This document shows, one piece after another, positions 62,001-64,000 of a stretch of 64,000 bases of DNA (positions within the stretch are counted from its first letter, which is position 1; each line of letters begins with the position of its first letter). The notes under the pieces are model-generated. The model saw only the letters and a list, made by a program, of their open reading frames with translations, made no database searches and was not told where the DNA came from. Position numbers and translations under genes: made by a program. The stretch comes from Eledone cirrhosa (lineage: Eukaryota): contig OZ024743.1 of assembly GCA_964016885.1 (NCBI GenBank), positions 129,394,001-129,458,000 on the forward strand, in the 5' to 3' direction.

Positions 62001-64000
62001 CACCAAACACCAAGCAACAAGCACCAAACACCAAGCACCAAGCAGCAAACAGCAAGCAGCAAGCAGAAAGCACCAAACAACAAACACCAAGCACAAAGCA
62101 CCAAACACCAAGCACCAAGGACCAAACACCAAACACCAAGCACCAAGCACCAAACACCTAACACCAAGCACCAAGCACCAAACACGAAACACCAAGCACC
62201 AAGCACCAAACACCAAGCACCAAGCACCAAACACCAAGCACCAAGCATAAAACACCAAGCACCAAGCACCAAACACCTAACACCAAGCACCAAGCACCAA
62301 GCACCAAACACCAAGCACCAAACACCAAACACCAAGCACCAGGCACCAAGCACCAAGCACCAAACACCAAGCCCCAAGCACCAAGCACCAAACACCAAAC
62401 ACCAAGCACCAAGCAACAAACACCTTGCACCAGGCACCAAGCACCAAACACCAAGCACCAAGCACCAAACACCAAGCACCAAGCATGAAGCACCAAACAC
62501 CTAACACCAAGCACCAAGCACCAAGCACCAAACAGCAAGCACCAAACACGAAACACCAAGCAGCAAGCACCAAACACCAAGCACCAAGCACCAAACACCA
62601 ACCACCCAGCACCAAGCACCAAGCACCAAACACCAAGCACCAAGCACCAAACACCAAACACCAAACACCAAGCACCAAGCACCAAACACCAAGCACCAAA
62701 CACCATGCACCAAACAACAAGCACCAGGCACCAAGCACCAAACACCAAACACTAAGCACCAAGCACAAAACACCAAGCACGAAGCACCAAGCACCAAACA
62801 CCAAACAGCAAACAGCAAACACCAAACACCAAACAGCAAACAGCAAACACCAACCACCAATCACCAAACAACAAGCACCAGGCACCAAGCACCAAGCACC
62901 AAACACCAAGCACCAAGCACCAAACACCAAACACCAAGCACCAAAGACCAAACACCAAACAGCAAACACCAAACAGCAAACACCAAACATGAAACAGCAA
63001 ACACCATAGAGCAAACACCAAACACCAAAAAGCAGACACCAAACAGCAAACCCCAAACACCAAACACCAAACACTAAACAGCAAACAGCAAACACCAAGC
63101 ACCAAACACCAAGTTCCAAGCACCAAACACCAAGCACCAAGCACCAAACACCAAACCCCAAGCACCAAGCACCAAACTCTAATCACAATGCACCAAGCAC
63201 TAAGCACTAAACACCAAGCACCAAGCACCAAGCACTAAACACCAAGCACCAAGCACCAAGCACTAAACACCAAACACCAAGGACCAAGCACCAAGCACCA
63301 AGAACCAAACACCAAGCACCAAGCACCAAACACCAAGCACCAAGCACCAAACACCAACCACCCAGCACCAAGCACCAAGCACCAAACACCAAGCACCAAG
63401 CACCAAACACCAAACACCAAACACCAAGCATCAAACACCAAGCACCAAGCACCAAGCACCAAACACCAAGCCCCAAGCACCAAACACCAAACACCAAACA
63501 CCAAGCACCAAACACCAAGCAGCAATCACCAAGCACCAAACACCAAGCAGCAGCACCAAGCACCAAACACCAAGCCCCAAGCACCAAACACCTAACACCA
63601 AGCACCAAGTACCAAACACCAAGCACCAAGCACGAAGGACAAAACACCAAGCACCAAGCACCAAACACCTAACACCAACCACGAAGCACCAAACACCAAG
63701 CACCAAGCACCAAACACCAAACACCAAACACCAAGCACCAAGCACCAAACACCAAGCACCAAGCGCCAAACACCAAGCCCCAAGCACCAAGCACCAAACA
63801 CCAAGCACCAAACACCAAACACCAAGCACCAAGCACCAAACACCAAGCACCAAACACCAAGAACCAAGCACCAAACACCAAGCACCAAGCACCAAGTACA
63901 AACACCAAGCACCAAGCATCAAACACCAAGCATCAAGCACCAAACACCAAACACCAAGCAACAAGCACCAAACACCAAGCACCAAGCAGCAAACACAAAG
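53090..64000 (+). repeat. HOR domain D: higher-order repeat of about 1.9-2.6 kb, roughly 4.7 copies, with its own diagnostic variants
   Basis: The landmark CTCTAATCACAATG is at 53909, 56280, 58672, 61253 and 63177 (spacings 2371, 2392, 2581, 1924). Variants TTCCAAG/TTCCTAG, GACAAAG, CAGAAAG, CATAAAA and the 6-bp CAGCAG were not seen before about 53 kb. Confidence 0.9.

Larger units (their letters stand above)
1..64000 (+). repeat. Heptameric satellite array (CACCAAR)n / (YTTGGTG)n, about 9,100 monomers, head-to-tail, single orientation, extending beyond both window ends
   Basis: Every line parses into 7-mers CACCAAG or CACCAAA plus substitution variants (CAGCAAA, CATCAAR, CACTAAR, CACCTAR, CACGAAR, CCCCAAG, TACCAAG, CAACAAG, GACCAAG). 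The + strand is A/C-rich with very little T throughout. Confidence 0.99.

Noticed and set aside
1147-63100. Recurring conserved boxes separated by variable stretches, superficially like a CRISPR array
   Set aside because: The intervals are hundreds to thousands of bp of the same heptamer rather than unique 25-45 bp spacers, and there is no leader or cas gene.
12-63985. Hundreds of hydrophobic Cys/Trp-rich - strand ORFs (WCLVLGA/WCLVFGV) that resemble membrane proteins
   Set aside because: They overlap in all three frames, start at GTG/TTG codons built into the monomer, and end at random variant-derived stops. They are translation artefacts of the satellite.
1-64000. Direct product of telomerase or another reiterative reverse transcriptase
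   Set aside because: Rare variants are copied in order over multi-kb blocks. This requires DNA-templated duplication and cannot come from repeated copying of a short RNA template.
1-64000. Similarity of - strand GCTTGGTG to E. coli Chi (GCTGGTGG) and of ACACCAAACACC to yeast Rap1 sites
   Set aside because: I saw no exact Chi (CCACCAGC on the + strand). The ACACC half-sites are 7 bp apart, not the 8 bp of Rap1 sites. The resemblance is expected by chance for GT-rich repeats.
1-64000. Bacterial heptamer repeats (cyanobacterial STRR-type)
   Set aside because: Those are short tracts of tens to hundreds of bp within gene-dense DNA. A gene-free array of 64 kb or more with HORs does not fit.
1-64000. 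Pure sequencing or basecalling artefact, or simulated low-complexity sequence
   Set aside because: Variant monomers recur in a consistent, hierarchically nested order with in-register indels and a CpG-transition pattern, which random error would not produce. Copy numbers of individual near-identical blocks still need read validation.

Overview
The whole 64 kb window is one uninterrupted, single-orientation tandem array of a 7-bp monomer, CACCAA(A/G) on the + strand and (T/C)TTGGTG on the - strand. That is about 9,100 monomers (64,000/7), and the array runs off both ends. By eye I found no unique sequence, inversion, transposon, RNA gene or credible protein-coding gene. The ORFs in the track (TKHQAPS/TKHQTPN and WCLVLGA/WCLVFGV heptads) follow from a stop-free heptamer that translates to the same 7-residue repeat in all three frames. 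The array is not homogeneous. Rare variant monomers act as landmarks and reveal: (i) an A/G binary pattern at position 7 with a loose 21-bp super-period; (ii) a recurring CAGCAAA/AAGCAGA-rich box about once per kb; (iii) kilobase higher-order repeats (HORs) that change along the array (about 1.2-1.4 kb, then a mosaic of about 3.9 kb, then 4.4-5.7 kb, then about 2.4 kb); (iv) several recent near-identical segmental duplications; and (v) repeated CpG/TpG differences between paralogous copies, which suggest methylation. The best interpretation is a eukaryotic heterochromatic (centromeric, pericentromeric or subtelomeric) satellite. The organism cannot be determined from the window. Coordinates of internal boundaries were read by eye and are approximate.
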